64,000 nt of DNA from Squalus acanthias (Eukaryota). Shown here piece by piece: positions 47,243-57,625 of this stretch. The position numbers were made by a program, and so were the translations under genes. The notes beneath the pieces were generated by a model that saw only the letters and a list, made by a program, of their open reading frames with translations, searched no databases and was not told the origin of the DNA. Where the stretch lies: positions 8,184,001 through 8,248,000 of the forward strand of contig CM059432.1 of NCBI GenBank assembly GCA_030390025.1. Direction: 5' to 3'. Each line of letters begins with the position of its first letter. Position 1 is the first letter of the stretch.

Positions 47243-48355
47243 TCAAATTCTGCGGTCGCTGCCGCAGGCTTCTCCCAACGGTGGGAGGGCATTGACCCCT
47301 CCCTTTGATCTGCCGCAGCCTGTTGCTGCTGCGCTGTGACTGGGCTCTCCCTGGGCTGCCTTAGCCCTGGACCTACGCTTAGGGACATACGGGGGACTTA
47401 CCCACATCTTTCTGGGCTGGGGTTTCCGACTTGACCTACGGGGAACTACCGGGGGCAGGAACTCCAGGACTGACGGACCGGGTTCCGAGACTTCCACCGT
47501 GGCGACCTGTGGTCCCACCACAGTCGCTGGCTCCGCCTCCCCTGACTCCGCCTCCCTGAACTCGGGATCTGCAGCTTGTGGCACCGCCCTACTTGGCCCA
47601 GTAGGCGGCCCTTCACTCGCAGTCCCTACCTCCCTCGAGGGCAGGACGTTCAAGGCGGGCGGCTTGGGCTCTGAGGCTTCCATCGCCACGCCCTGTGGTC
47701 CCACCACAGCGGCTGGCTCTGCCTCCCCTAGCTCCGCCCCCCTGCGTTCGGGACCAGCAGCTTCGGCCTCCACCCTGTGTGGATCTCTATCTGCAGCCCC
47801 TGTCTCCCCTACACCTGAATCGGGGGCGACCCTTTCGTCCTCCGATTCCAGCTCCTCTTCGCTTGCGTCACTATCTTGGTCGAGCTCCTCGAACTCTTCC
47901 TCATCTGACTCCCAACCCAAATAAAGGATCCTACATTTTGCTAGGATGTCCTCTCCCCTGATGCAAGCTGCTTTGCCTGCCTGTGTGCCCTGTGGCCCTA
48001 CCCGGGGCTGCGAGTCCCCACTCGCAGGTTTGGCCCCTGTGGTTGGCCCTTGTGCACCCGGCTTATACAGTTTGCACTGGTTAAAATCCTCATACTCCCT
48101 GCTTCTGGCTACCCTGTAGGCTGCCTTTATCGCTCCAAGCTGCCCTTCCAGCACGTCTAACTTTCCCATTAAGCGGGCGTTCTCCTCCCGCAGGGCCTGC
48201 TCTCTAAGCTGCCCTTCTAGCCCGTCTACTTTCCCTATTAAACGGGCGTTCTCCTCCCGCAAGGCCTGCTCTTCTAACCTGGCCTCCCTACAGGAGACCC
48301 CCTCCTGTGTGTGTCTTTTAAAGGGACACAGGTAGGCAGGCTGCGTGGGCTCTAG
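47243..48355 (-). CDS. ORF2: coiled-coil plus acidic/Pro-rich protein, in frame with gag after a single UGA
   Basis: The frame is open from the codon after the gag stop (48355) to 47243. No PR, RT, RNase H or IN catalytic motifs. Confidence 0.7.
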   Translation of the reverse strand, partial: LEPTQPAYLCPFKRHTQEGVSCREARLEEQALREENARLIGKVDGLEGQLREQALREENARLMGKLDVLEGQLGAIKAAYRVARSREYEDFNQCKLYKPGAQGPTTGAKPASGDSQPRVGPQGTQAGKAACIRGEDILAKCRILYLGWESDEEEFEELDQDSDASEEELESEDERVAPDSGVGETGAADRDPHRVEAEAAGPERRGAELGEAEPAAVVGPQGVAMEASEPKPPALNVLPSREVGTASEGPPTGPSRAVPQAADPEFREAESGEAEPATVVGPQVATVEVSEPGPSVLEFLPPVVPRRSSRKPQPRKMWVSPPYVPKRRSRAKAAQGEPSHSAAATGCGRSKGGVNALPPLGEACGSDRRI

Positions 48356-50162
48356 TCATTGGGTACCGGTGGACGGGGCTGCGGCATCTGCGGGGCCGGT
48401 AGCGACTGCCACCCTTCCCTGCGAAATCATGAGGGTGCGCATGGCTCCCAACATTGATTCGATCGCATCGGGATGGATAGGTGCACCAGCTCCCCTATCA
48501 GAAACAGGCGCCTGGGCTCGGACTGCGGGATTTTTATCCCTGGACTCCTTCCAAGGATTCCTGCAGTTCTTGCGCCAGTGCCCTGTCTTTCCGCATCCGA
48601 AACAAGCATTACTGGCCTGTGGGACGCGATTTCCCTCCTGATGCCACTCCTTTTGAGCCGGGGCTGTGGGCCGCGCCTCATGCACCTTTCCCTTAAGGGG
48701 ACGTGCTCCCGCACTCCTGGTATTACGGTACCCTACCGTGAGTCGATTTAGGACCGACTCCTCTGTAGTGGCAGGGTTAGTGGGATCAAACCACGCTTTG
48801 GCCTGCTCCCTGACGGCTGGCAAACTGTTGGCTACCACACACCTGAGCCAATGAGTTAAACCGACACCGTCTAGGCGGTGACGCGCTGGTGCGCCTGGGC
48901 AGCTACGCTGGTATACTGGCCACAGCCTGTCGGCGAAAACCTTCGGGGGTTCTCCCTCCATCTGCACTGTTTGTGCCAATCTAACGAACGGACCTTCATC
49001 GTCCGCGCCCAACACTTCCAGGACCTCGTCCCTCAATTCCCCATAGGTATTATTTCCCCTCTTGCTCTCGTCTGAGAGACACTGAAGGATCGAGCTGTCT
49101 AATGAGAACAACAGCATTTTTGCTTTTTCCCCATCGTCGCAGCCGTTAATGGCTGCGGTTTGCTCTACCTCCCTGAAATGTACGGAAGGGTCGTCTGACT
49201 CGGACAGCTTCCGTACGTGACTGATCATAGCCCTCAGCTGGTGTGAGCTGTGAGGCAACACAAGCTGGTTGAGGAGATCCCCCTCTGCCCCACCGTCTCT
49301 GTTCGGGCCCCTTTTGATACCCGTGACCGGACACAACGGTCCCGGCTTCACTTCTACCTCGGGGGGCTCTTTCTCTACTTCTACCACTTCCTTCCTCACC
49401 CAGGTTGCCGAATAGCTGGGTGGCGCGGAGGGCACAGTGGCAAATACCTCCTCTGCTTTGTTCGGTGGGGATTTCTGAAATTCCCCATCCACCAGCGGCT
49501 GGTGTGCTGACGGGCTGATAAGGCACACCATGCCGTGCGCTTTATTCAGGGCCTCTTTAAGGTTCCCTATCTCTCTTTGGCAGACGCTGTGATCGGCCCC
49601 CTCATGTTTATCCTCGAGGGCCATCTTATATGCCGCCCTAACCCCCGTTAAGCTCTCTTCCTGGGCTTTTATTTGGGCAGCTAGGCGGGCACATCGTTCC
49701 TTTATTCTGCCCTCATTTAACTTTGCCTCAGTGACCTGGCACTCGAGGTAATCTATTTTCGCCTCATGGTGGTTGGCGACTAACTGACGTTCTTGATGCA
49801 ACGCATTTAAAGACGCGATGAGCTGCTGCCCCCCCCGCGACCTTCTCGTCCATTTCCACCTCTAAACCCTTGATCTGAGCTGCCTGCGCTATGATGACCT
49901 GGTCCGAAAGCTGGACTTGTCTTTTATAGCACATCAGCCAGTCCGCTTTCTCTACTGTTCTTTTATGTTCCTTGCTACCTGTCCACCTCATGGCTGCCTC
50001 TAGTGGACACTTATCCACCAGCAGGTCACTTATCCATTTCTTAGTCAAATTCACTTTTCCAAACACATAATCTGCTATTCTCTCTTCCATAACATTTCGC
50101 CCATTCATACCAGGGTCTAACACATTATTTTCTCGCTGCCAGTGTCCCTTCGTGGTCGCCAT
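48356..50162 (-). CDS. Gag (~600 aa), one frameshift in a G8 run at 49829-49836
   Basis: Coiled coil, PSAPPSY, capsid-like region with MHR-like QMEGEPPKVFADRL, and zinc knuckle CFGCGKTGHWRKNC (48563-48604). Removing one G joins ORFs 49764-50162 and 48356-49801. Confidence 0.85.
50144..50161 (-). promoter_or_regulatory. Primer-binding site, tRNA-Arg
   Basis: TGGCGACCACGAAGGGAC, 5 nt after the 5' LTR. Complementary to the 3' 18 nt of a vertebrate tRNA-Arg(UCG) (...GUCCCUUCGUGGUCGCCA), recalled rather than searched. Confidence 0.85.
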
Positions 50163-50166
50163 TATC

Positions 50167-51800
50167 TGTAAGGGGTGACCTGTGGCTCTGTGCTTAGCCT
50201 GGGTGCTAGTGCGGGGTTAGGCCCTGTTGCCTGCTCTGGTCTCCAGCCAGCCTGGTAACACTAGACACCTGTGAATGGTTCGACCCACTCGCCCTTACGG
50301 TTCTGACACTGGACTTAGGTGCGAGAGCAATAATGCAGAGAAGACTCAGGTAGACCCGGTTGAATAGTGCGAAATGGAAAATCTTTATTGCATATTATTC
50401 AAGATTATGAGATACATGTCATAAGCACAGATTAACGATAGTACAATCTTACACACAGTTAGGAAACTAATTTTAGGGAAACGAGGAGCGCACGACACAT
50501 CGTAAAAGGGGACACACATTATAATTATCCTTAAAACTTAAACCCTCCCCTATTAATACCTGTCCTAATCTAGATTTGTATGATCGAGACTCATGCTCAC
50601 CACTCGTGATAACTCGGAGAATTCCGAAACTCTGCTCGGATGTTTTTACCGCAGCACCTGACTATCCACGTGTTGATCAGGGGTCTCTGTACCCCACTTG
50701 TTTACTCGTTTCTGCTCCGGCTAGCAAGCTGGACCGTCTGCTGTCATGAAGATCTGTGTTGTCCTCGGAGTTCTGATACTACTCAAAAAAGAGTCTTCCT
50801 GTGCCCTACATCGGTTCGATAGAACTCGAAGAAGGGTCTTCCTGGGCCAGTTGTGGAGTAGCCGATAGAATTCAAAGAAGTGTTTATTCGACTTACAGGC
50901 GCGGTCGGGGCTTACTGACCGTGGCGATGCGTATTGTCGTCTTCTTCTCTTCTCATCTCATCTCATCTCATCTCATCTCCTCTCGGGCCTTCGGTTCCAA
51001 CACCGTTTACCGACTCCTCGGGATGGTGCGCCCGCCTCCAGGCCTCACAGCCCAGTTCTCCACAGATCTTCGCGGCAAGCCACGAGGTTGATCCTAGCGG
51101 ATCAGAGTCCAGTGCCGTCAGGCAAGAGAATAAAAGTTCAGCAGTCTTCCAGCGAGTCAGAGCAGCAAGAGAAAGATGGACGGTTGTACTTTACAGTTAT
51201 AGTGCTGTAATTCCTCTTTTCCCGCCCAATCTTAATGTCTATCTTTTGTCAGGTTTTTGGCGCTCAAACTTCTTGTATGGGGTGATCTCAGTCTTTAATG
51301 GGTTTCGGTGATACTTGTAACTGTCTGAGTACCCGTTAATATTTCTCCCATTGTGGAACCGGCTAGTAGTCTCCCTGGAGGGGTTTTGGGGCTTCCAAAT
51401 GCTTACTGTGAGTACCCGCAAACGGCTCTCTCATCGTAGAGTCATGGGGATTTTGCATATTAATGTCTTTGGATGGGTCCTTGATCGCTCAGTACAATAG
51501 CCCTTGTTTGCACCTGGGAGACCGATTTCAGTATTCATGTTTAAAGTGTAAACCCATCGCGTCTTGTCATTATCTCATCATGTTGGATCTTTTCGATCTT
51601 GCACAAATGTTTATTGGAACGCCATCTTGTCTGCCTACTGAAAGTCTAGAACTTTCTGCCACGAGGCGTGGTGGCCATTTTACAGGCTGTTTGTGTCGTT
51701 TTGAAACCTGACAGCATTCTGCTGAAATAAAGCTGTTTATACGAAACTTTATGTCTCCTTCTTATTTTTATAAAATCGCGATAATTTTGCGAATTCTACA
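50167..51800 (-). repeat. 5' LTR (1634 bp)
   Basis: Direct repeat of 42515-44149, with the PBS adjacent. Confidence 0.95.
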
Positions 51801-52089
51801 GATGTCAAAGATTCCGTGGCACTATTTCGAAGAAGAGTAGGGGAGTTATCCCCGGTGTCCTGGCCAATATTTATCCCTCAATCAACATCACTAAAACAGA
51901 TTATCCAGTCATTATCATATTGCTGTTTGTGGGAGCTTGCTGTGTGCAAATTGGCTGCCGCGTTTCCTACATTACAACAGTGACTACACTTCAAAAAGTA
52001 CTTCATTGGCTGTAAAGCGCTTTGGGATGTCCTGAGGTCGTGAAAGGCGCTATAGAAATGCAAGTCTTTTTTTATCCATACCTTCTTTG

Positions 52090-52630
52090 TTACTGCTAGA
52101 CTCGACTATTCCAACGCTCACCTGGCCGAACTCCCAACTTGCACCCTCCGTAAACTTCAGCTCATCCTTAACTCGGCTGCCCGTGTCCTAAATCGCAACA
52201 AGTCCCGTTCACCCATCACCCCTGTGCTCGCTGACCTACATTGGCAACCAGTCCAGCAACATTTCAATTTTAAAATTCTCATCCTTCTTTTCAAATCCCT
52301 CCATGGCCTCGCCCCTCCCTATCTCTGTAATCTCCTCCACCCCTACAACCCTCTGATTTTCATCGCTCCGCCATTGGCGGCCGTGCCTTCAGCTGCCAAG
52401 GCTCTAAGCTCTGGAATTCTCTCCCTAAACCTCTCCGCCTCTCTACCTCTCTTTTCTTCTTTAAGACGCTCCTTAAACCTACCTCTTTTCTTTTGGTCAC
52501 CTATACTAATATCTCCTTGTGTGGCTCGGTGTCACATTTTATTCGATAATGCTTCTGTGAAGCACCTTGGGACGTTTTACTATGTTAAAGGCACAATATA
52601 AGTACAAGTTGTTGCTGTTGTTGTTGTTGA
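52090..52630 (+). mobile_element. L2-type LINE 3' fragment
   Basis: RLDYSNA...HITPVLADLHW...FKILILLFKSLHGLAPPYL followed by a (TTG)n tail. Confidence 0.8.
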
Positions 52631-53092
52631 GAAACTGCGCCCCCATCTCCAAACTCTCGTTCCTCTCCAACGCTATTGAACGTGTTGACACTTTCCGAAT
52701 CGATGCCTGTCTTCCCTGCAACTTTATATCTGAGTCTCTCTAAGTCAGATTTCTGCTCCTGCCACAGCAATAAAATGGCTCTTATCAAAGTCACGGATTA
52801 GTTCCTATGTCACTGTGGTGCGCTATCCCTCCTCATCCTTCTCGACCTGTCTGCAGCCTTTGACTCACTAGAGCGCACCATCCCACTCCAACGCCTCTCC
52901 TCCATTCTCCAGCTCAGTGGGACTGCTCTGCCCTCTTCTTCCTCATCTAAATACTGGCCCTTGTATGAACCCCAGACACAGGGCCAGTTTCCACATGTAA
53001 GCTGACAACGCCAGCGATGCCTCTCCAGTACCTCTCTATCGCTCGAGCACTCAAAAGCAAACTAAAGCCCCTTTGAAGGGAACAGATTGGAA

Positions 53093-56000
53093 GGGAGTGT
53101 CGGCGAGAGAGGGGAGTGTCGGAGGGAGAGGGGAGCGAAGGAGGGAGAGGGGTGTGTCGGAGAGAGAGGGGAGTGTAGGAGGGAGAGGGGAGTGTCGGAG
53201 AGAGAGGAGAGTGTCGGAGGGAGAGGGGAGTGTCGGAGGGAGAGGGGAGTGTCGGAGGGAGAGGGGAGTGTCGAGGGAGAGGGGAGTGTCGGAGAGAGAG
53301 GGGAGTGTCGAAGGGAGAGGGGAGTGTCGGAGGGAGAGGGGAGTGTCGGAGGGAGAGGGGAGTGTCGGGGGGAGAGGGGAGTGTCGGAGGGAGAGGGGAG
53401 TGTCGGAGGAAGAGGGGAGTGTCGGAGGGAGAGGGGAGTGTCGGAGAGAGAGGGGAGTGTCGGAGGGAGAGGGGAGTGTTGGAGGGGGAGGGGAGTGTAG
53501 GAGGGAGAGGGGAATGTCGGAGGGAGAGGGGAGTGTCGGGGGGAGAGGGGAGTGTCGGGGGGAGAGGGGAGTGTCGGAGGGAGAGGGGAGTGTCGGAGAG
53601 AGTGGAGTGTCGGAGGGAGAGGGGAGTGTCGGAGGGAGAGGGGAGTGTCGGAGGGAGAGGGGAGTGTCGGAGGGAGAAAGGGAATGTCGGAGGGAGAGGG
53701 GAATGTCGGAGGGAGAGGGGAGTGTCGGAGAGAGAGGGGAGTGTCGGAGAGAGAGGGGAGTGTCGGAGAGAGAGGGGAGTGTCGGAGAGAGAGGGGAGTA
53801 TCGGAGGGAGAGGGGAGTGTCGGAGGGGGAGGGGAGTGTCGGAGGAAGAGGGGAGTGTCGGAGGGAGAGGGGAGTGTCGGAGAGAGAGGGGAGTGTCGGA
53901 GGGAGAGGGGAATGTCGGAGGGAGAGGGGAATGTCGGAGAGAGAGGGGAGTGTCGGGGGGAGAGGGGAGTGTCGGAGAGAGAGGGGAGTGTCGGAGAGAG
54001 AGGGGAGCGTCGGAGTGAGAGAGGAGTGTCGGAGGGAGAGGGGAGTGTAGGAGAGGGAGAGGGGAGTGTCGGAGGGAGAGGGGAGTGTTGGAGAGAGAGG
54101 GGAGTGTAGGAGGGAGAGGGGAGTGTCGGAGAGAGAGGAGAGTGTCGGAGGGAGAGGGGAGTGTCGGAGAGAGAGGGGAGTGTCGGAGGGAGAGGGGAGT
54201 GTCGGAGGGAGAGGGGAGTGTCGGAGGGAGAGGGGAGTGTCGGGGGGAGAGGGGAGTATCGGAGGGAGAGGGGAGTGTCGGAGGGAGAGGGGAGTGTCGG
54301 AGGGAGAGGGGAGTGTCGGAGAGAGAGGGGAGTGTCGGAGGGAGAGGGGAGTGTCGGAGGGGGAGGGGAGTGTAGGAGGGAGAGGGGAATGTCGGAGGGA
54401 GAGGGGAGTGTCGGGGGGAGAGGGGAGTGTCGGGGGAGAGGGGAGTGTCGGGGGAGAGGGGAGTGTCGTTGAGAGAGGGGAGTGTCGGAGGGAGAGGGGA
54501 ATGTCGGAGAGAGGGGAGTGTCGGAGGGAGAGGGGAGTGTCGGAGGGAGAGGGGAGTGTCGGAGGGAGAGGGGAGTGTCGGAGGGAGAAAGGAAATGTCG
54601 GAGGGAGAGGGGAATGTCGGAGGGAGAGGGGAGTGTCGGAGAGAGAGGGGAGTGTCGGAGAGAGAGGGGAGTGTCGGAGTGAGAGGGGAGTGTCGGAGAG
54701 AGAGGGGAGTGTCGGAGAGAGAGGGGAGTGTCGGAGAGAGAGGGGAGTATCGGAGGGAGAGCGGAGTGTCGGAGGGAGAGGGGAGTGTCGGAGGGAGAGG
54801 GGAGTGTCGGAGGGAGAGGGGAGTGTAGGAGAGAGAGGGGAGTGTCGGAGGGAGAGGGGAATATCGGAGGGAGAGGGGAATGTCGGAGAGAGAGGGGAGT
54901 GTCGGGGGGAGAGGGGAGTGTCGGGGGGAGAGGGGAGTGTCGGAGGGAGAGGGGAGTGTCGGAGAGAGAGGGGAGTGTCGGAGAGAGAGGGGAGTGTCGG
55001 AGAGAGAGGGGAGTATCGGAGGGAGAGGGGAGTGTCGGAGGGAGAGGGGAGTGTCGGAGGGAGAGGGGAGTGTCGGAGGGAGAGGGGAGTGTCGGAGAGA
55101 GAGCGGAGTGTCGGAGGGAGAGGGGAATGTCGGAGGGAGAGGGGAATGTCGGAGAGAGAGGGGAGTGTCGGGGGGAGAGGGGAGTGTCGAGGGGAGAGGG
55201 GAGTGTCGGAGGGAGAGCTGAGTGTCGGAGGGAGAGGGGAGTGTCGGAGGGAGAGGGGAGTGTCGGAGGGAGAGGGGAGTGTCGGAGGGAGAGGGGAGTG
55301 TCGGAGGAAGAGGGGAGTGTCGGAGGGAGAGGGGAGCGTCGGAGAGAGAGGGGAGTGTCGGAGGGAGAGGGGAGTGTCGGAGGGGGAGGGGAGTGTAGGA
55401 GGGAGAGGGGAATGTCGGAGGGAGAGGGGAGTGTCGGGGGGAGAGGGGAATGTCGGAGGGAGAGGGGAGTGTCGGAGGGAGAGCTGAGTGTCGGAGAGAG
55501 TGGGGAGTGTCGGAGGGAGAGGGGAATGTTGGAGAGAGAGGGGAGTGTCGGAGGGAGAGGGGAGTGTCGGAGGGAGAGCTGAGTGTCGGAGGGAGAGGGG
55601 AATGTCGGAGGGAGAGGAGAATGTCGGAGGGAGAGGGGAATGTCGGAGAGAGAGGGGAGTGTCGGAGAGAGAGGGGAGTGTTGGGGGGAGAGCTGAGTGT
55701 CGGAGGGAGAGGGGAGTGTCGGAGGGAGAGGGGAGTGTCGGAGGGAGAGAGGAGTGTCGGAGTGAGAGGGGAGTGTAGGAGAGGGAGAGGGGAGTGTCGG
55801 AGGGAGAGGGGAGTGTCGGAGGGAGAGCTGAGTGTCGGAGGGAGAGGGGAGTGTCGGAGGGAGAGGGGAGTGTCGGAGGGAGAGCTGAGTGTCGGAGGGA
55901 GAGGGGAATGTCGGAGGGAGAGGGGAGTGTCGGAGGGAGAGCTGAGTGTCAGAGAGAGTGGGGAGTGTCGGAGGGAGAGGGGAATGTTGGAGAGAGAGGG

Positions 56001-56927
56001 GAGTGTCGGAGGGAGAGGGGAGTGTCGGAGGGAGAGCTGAGTGTCGGAGGGAGAGGGGAATGTCGGAGGGAGAGGAGAATGTCGGAGGGAGAGGGGAATG
56101 TCGGAGAGAGAGGGGAGTGTCGGAGAGAGAGGGGAGTGTTGGGGGGAGAGCTGAGTGTCGGAGGGAGAGGGGAGTGTCGGAGGGAGAGAGGAGTGTCGGA
56201 GTGAGAGGGGAGTGTAGGAGAGGGAGAGGGGAGTGTCGGAGGGAGAGGGGAGTGTCGGAGGGAGAGAGGAGTGTCGGAGGGAGAGGGGAATGTCGGAGGG
56301 AGAGAGGAGTGTCGGAGGGAGAGGGGAGTGTCGAAGGGAGAGGGGAGTGTCGGGGGGATTGCTGAGTGTTGGAGGGAGAGGGGAGTGTCGGAGGGAGAGG
56401 GGAGTGTCGGGGGGAGAGCTGAGTGTTGGAGGGAGAGGGGAGTGTCGGAGGGAGAGAGGAGTGTCGGAGGGAGAGGGGAGTGTCAGAGGGAGAGGGGAGT
56501 GTCGGAGGGAGAGAGGAGTGTCGGAGGGAGAGGGCAGTGTCGGAGGGAGAGCTGAGTGTCGGATGGAGAGGGGAGTGTCGGAGAGAGAGGGGAGTGTCGG
56601 GGGGAGAGCTGAGTGTCGGAGGGAGAGGGGAGTGTCGGGGGGAGAGCTGAGTGTCGGAGGGAGAGCGGAGTGTCGGAGGGAGAGGGGAGTGTCGGAGGGA
56701 GAGCTGAGTGTCGGAGGGAGAGGGGAGTGTCGGAGGGAGAGGGGAGTGTCGGGGGGAGAGCTGAGTGTCGGAGGGAGAGGGGAGTGTCGGAGAGAGAGGG
56801 GAATGTCGGAGAGAGAGGGGAGTGTCGGAGGGAGAGGGGAGTGTCGGGGGGAGAGCTGAGTGTCGGAGGGAGAGGGGAGTGTCGGAGGGAGAGAGGAGTG
56901 TCGGAGGGAGAGGGGAGTGTCGGAGGG
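53093..56927. repeat. 19-bp purine-rich minisatellite, ~200 units
   Basis: Unit GGAGGGAGAGGGGAGTGTC with point variants. Confidence 0.97.
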
Positions 56928-56979
56928 AAGCTGTTTGAGAGTGGAGTGCCTGCCATCTCTCACCACCTGTCCTTTTCAG

Positions 56980-57026
56980 GGCAATCTCATTGAGAAAGTT
57001 TGTAGCGGTTTAAAATTTGCAGAGAG
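56980..57026 (+). other. Candidate short host exon (47 nt)
   Basis: CTGTCCTTTTCAG acceptor and GAG|GTAAGT consensus donor. Open as GNLIEKVCSGLKFAE. Confidence 0.35.
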
Positions 57027-57409
57027 GTAAGTTTTCATTTTCCAGGATTGGACTCATTGCAACGATCACGTAAAGCAAAGAAATGGCTTCGCTTGGTAAG
57101 CTCGCCTTGTTATCCACTTAACTGGAAAGCGCGCTCTGAAATTCCTGCTCACCAATTAGTTACGGGAGATTTGCTTTCCAGCTCTGATGTGCTTCAGAAT
57201 AAAACAAAGTGATGCTTCGGGGCAAAGTGTTGCAGACTTCTTTGAGTAGATGCTAAATATTGGGTTTTTATTTTTCTAGATTTTTAAACGTTATTTTCTG
57301 GCATAAGGATTTCATATTTTTGGATTATTTTTCTGGTTGTCTTTTTCCGTGTCATTTTATTCTGATTTCTTTCCCACTGGTCTGTTGAACATCCAGCATA
57401 TTGAAAAGA

Positions 57410-57625
57410 AAGAAAGATCTTGCATTTATATAGCGCCTTTCACGACCTCAGGACATCTTCATGTGCTTTACAGCCAGTGAATTACTTTCGAAGCGCAGTC
57501 ACTGTTGTAATGTTGGAAACGTGGCTGCCAATTTGCGCACAGCAAGCTCCCACCAGCAGCAATGTGATAATGAGCAGATAATCTGTTTTTTACTGATGTT
57601 GATTGAGGGATAAATATTGGCCCAG
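57410..57625 (-). mobile_element. Deu-like SINE 3' fragment
   Basis: Reverse complement of the 19970-20180 region. Confidence 0.7.

Larger units (their letters stand above)
42515..51800 (-). mobile_element. LTR retroelement / endogenous retrovirus-like provirus: gag - ORF2 - env, no pol
   Basis: Paired TG...CA LTRs, GATG TSD (42511-42514 and 51801-51804), PBS, PPT, and three minus-strand ORFs. Confidence 0.95.
38030..52070 (+). mobile_element. Deu-like tRNA SINE split into three pieces (38030-38074, 42366-42514, 51805-52070)
   Basis: The pieces rejoin into one copy colinear with 19715-20185 once the Harbinger and LTR insertions are removed. Confidence 0.85.

Noticed and set aside
48316..48325. 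CCCTTTAAAA as a -1 frameshift site after gag
   Set aside because: The heptamers are not phased with the gag/ORF2 reading frame, and ORF2 is already in frame.
52947..56993. 1339-aa ORF and many overlapping long ORFs
   Set aside because: Artefact of a stop-poor 19-bp tandem repeat; the translations are only the repeat in rotating frames.
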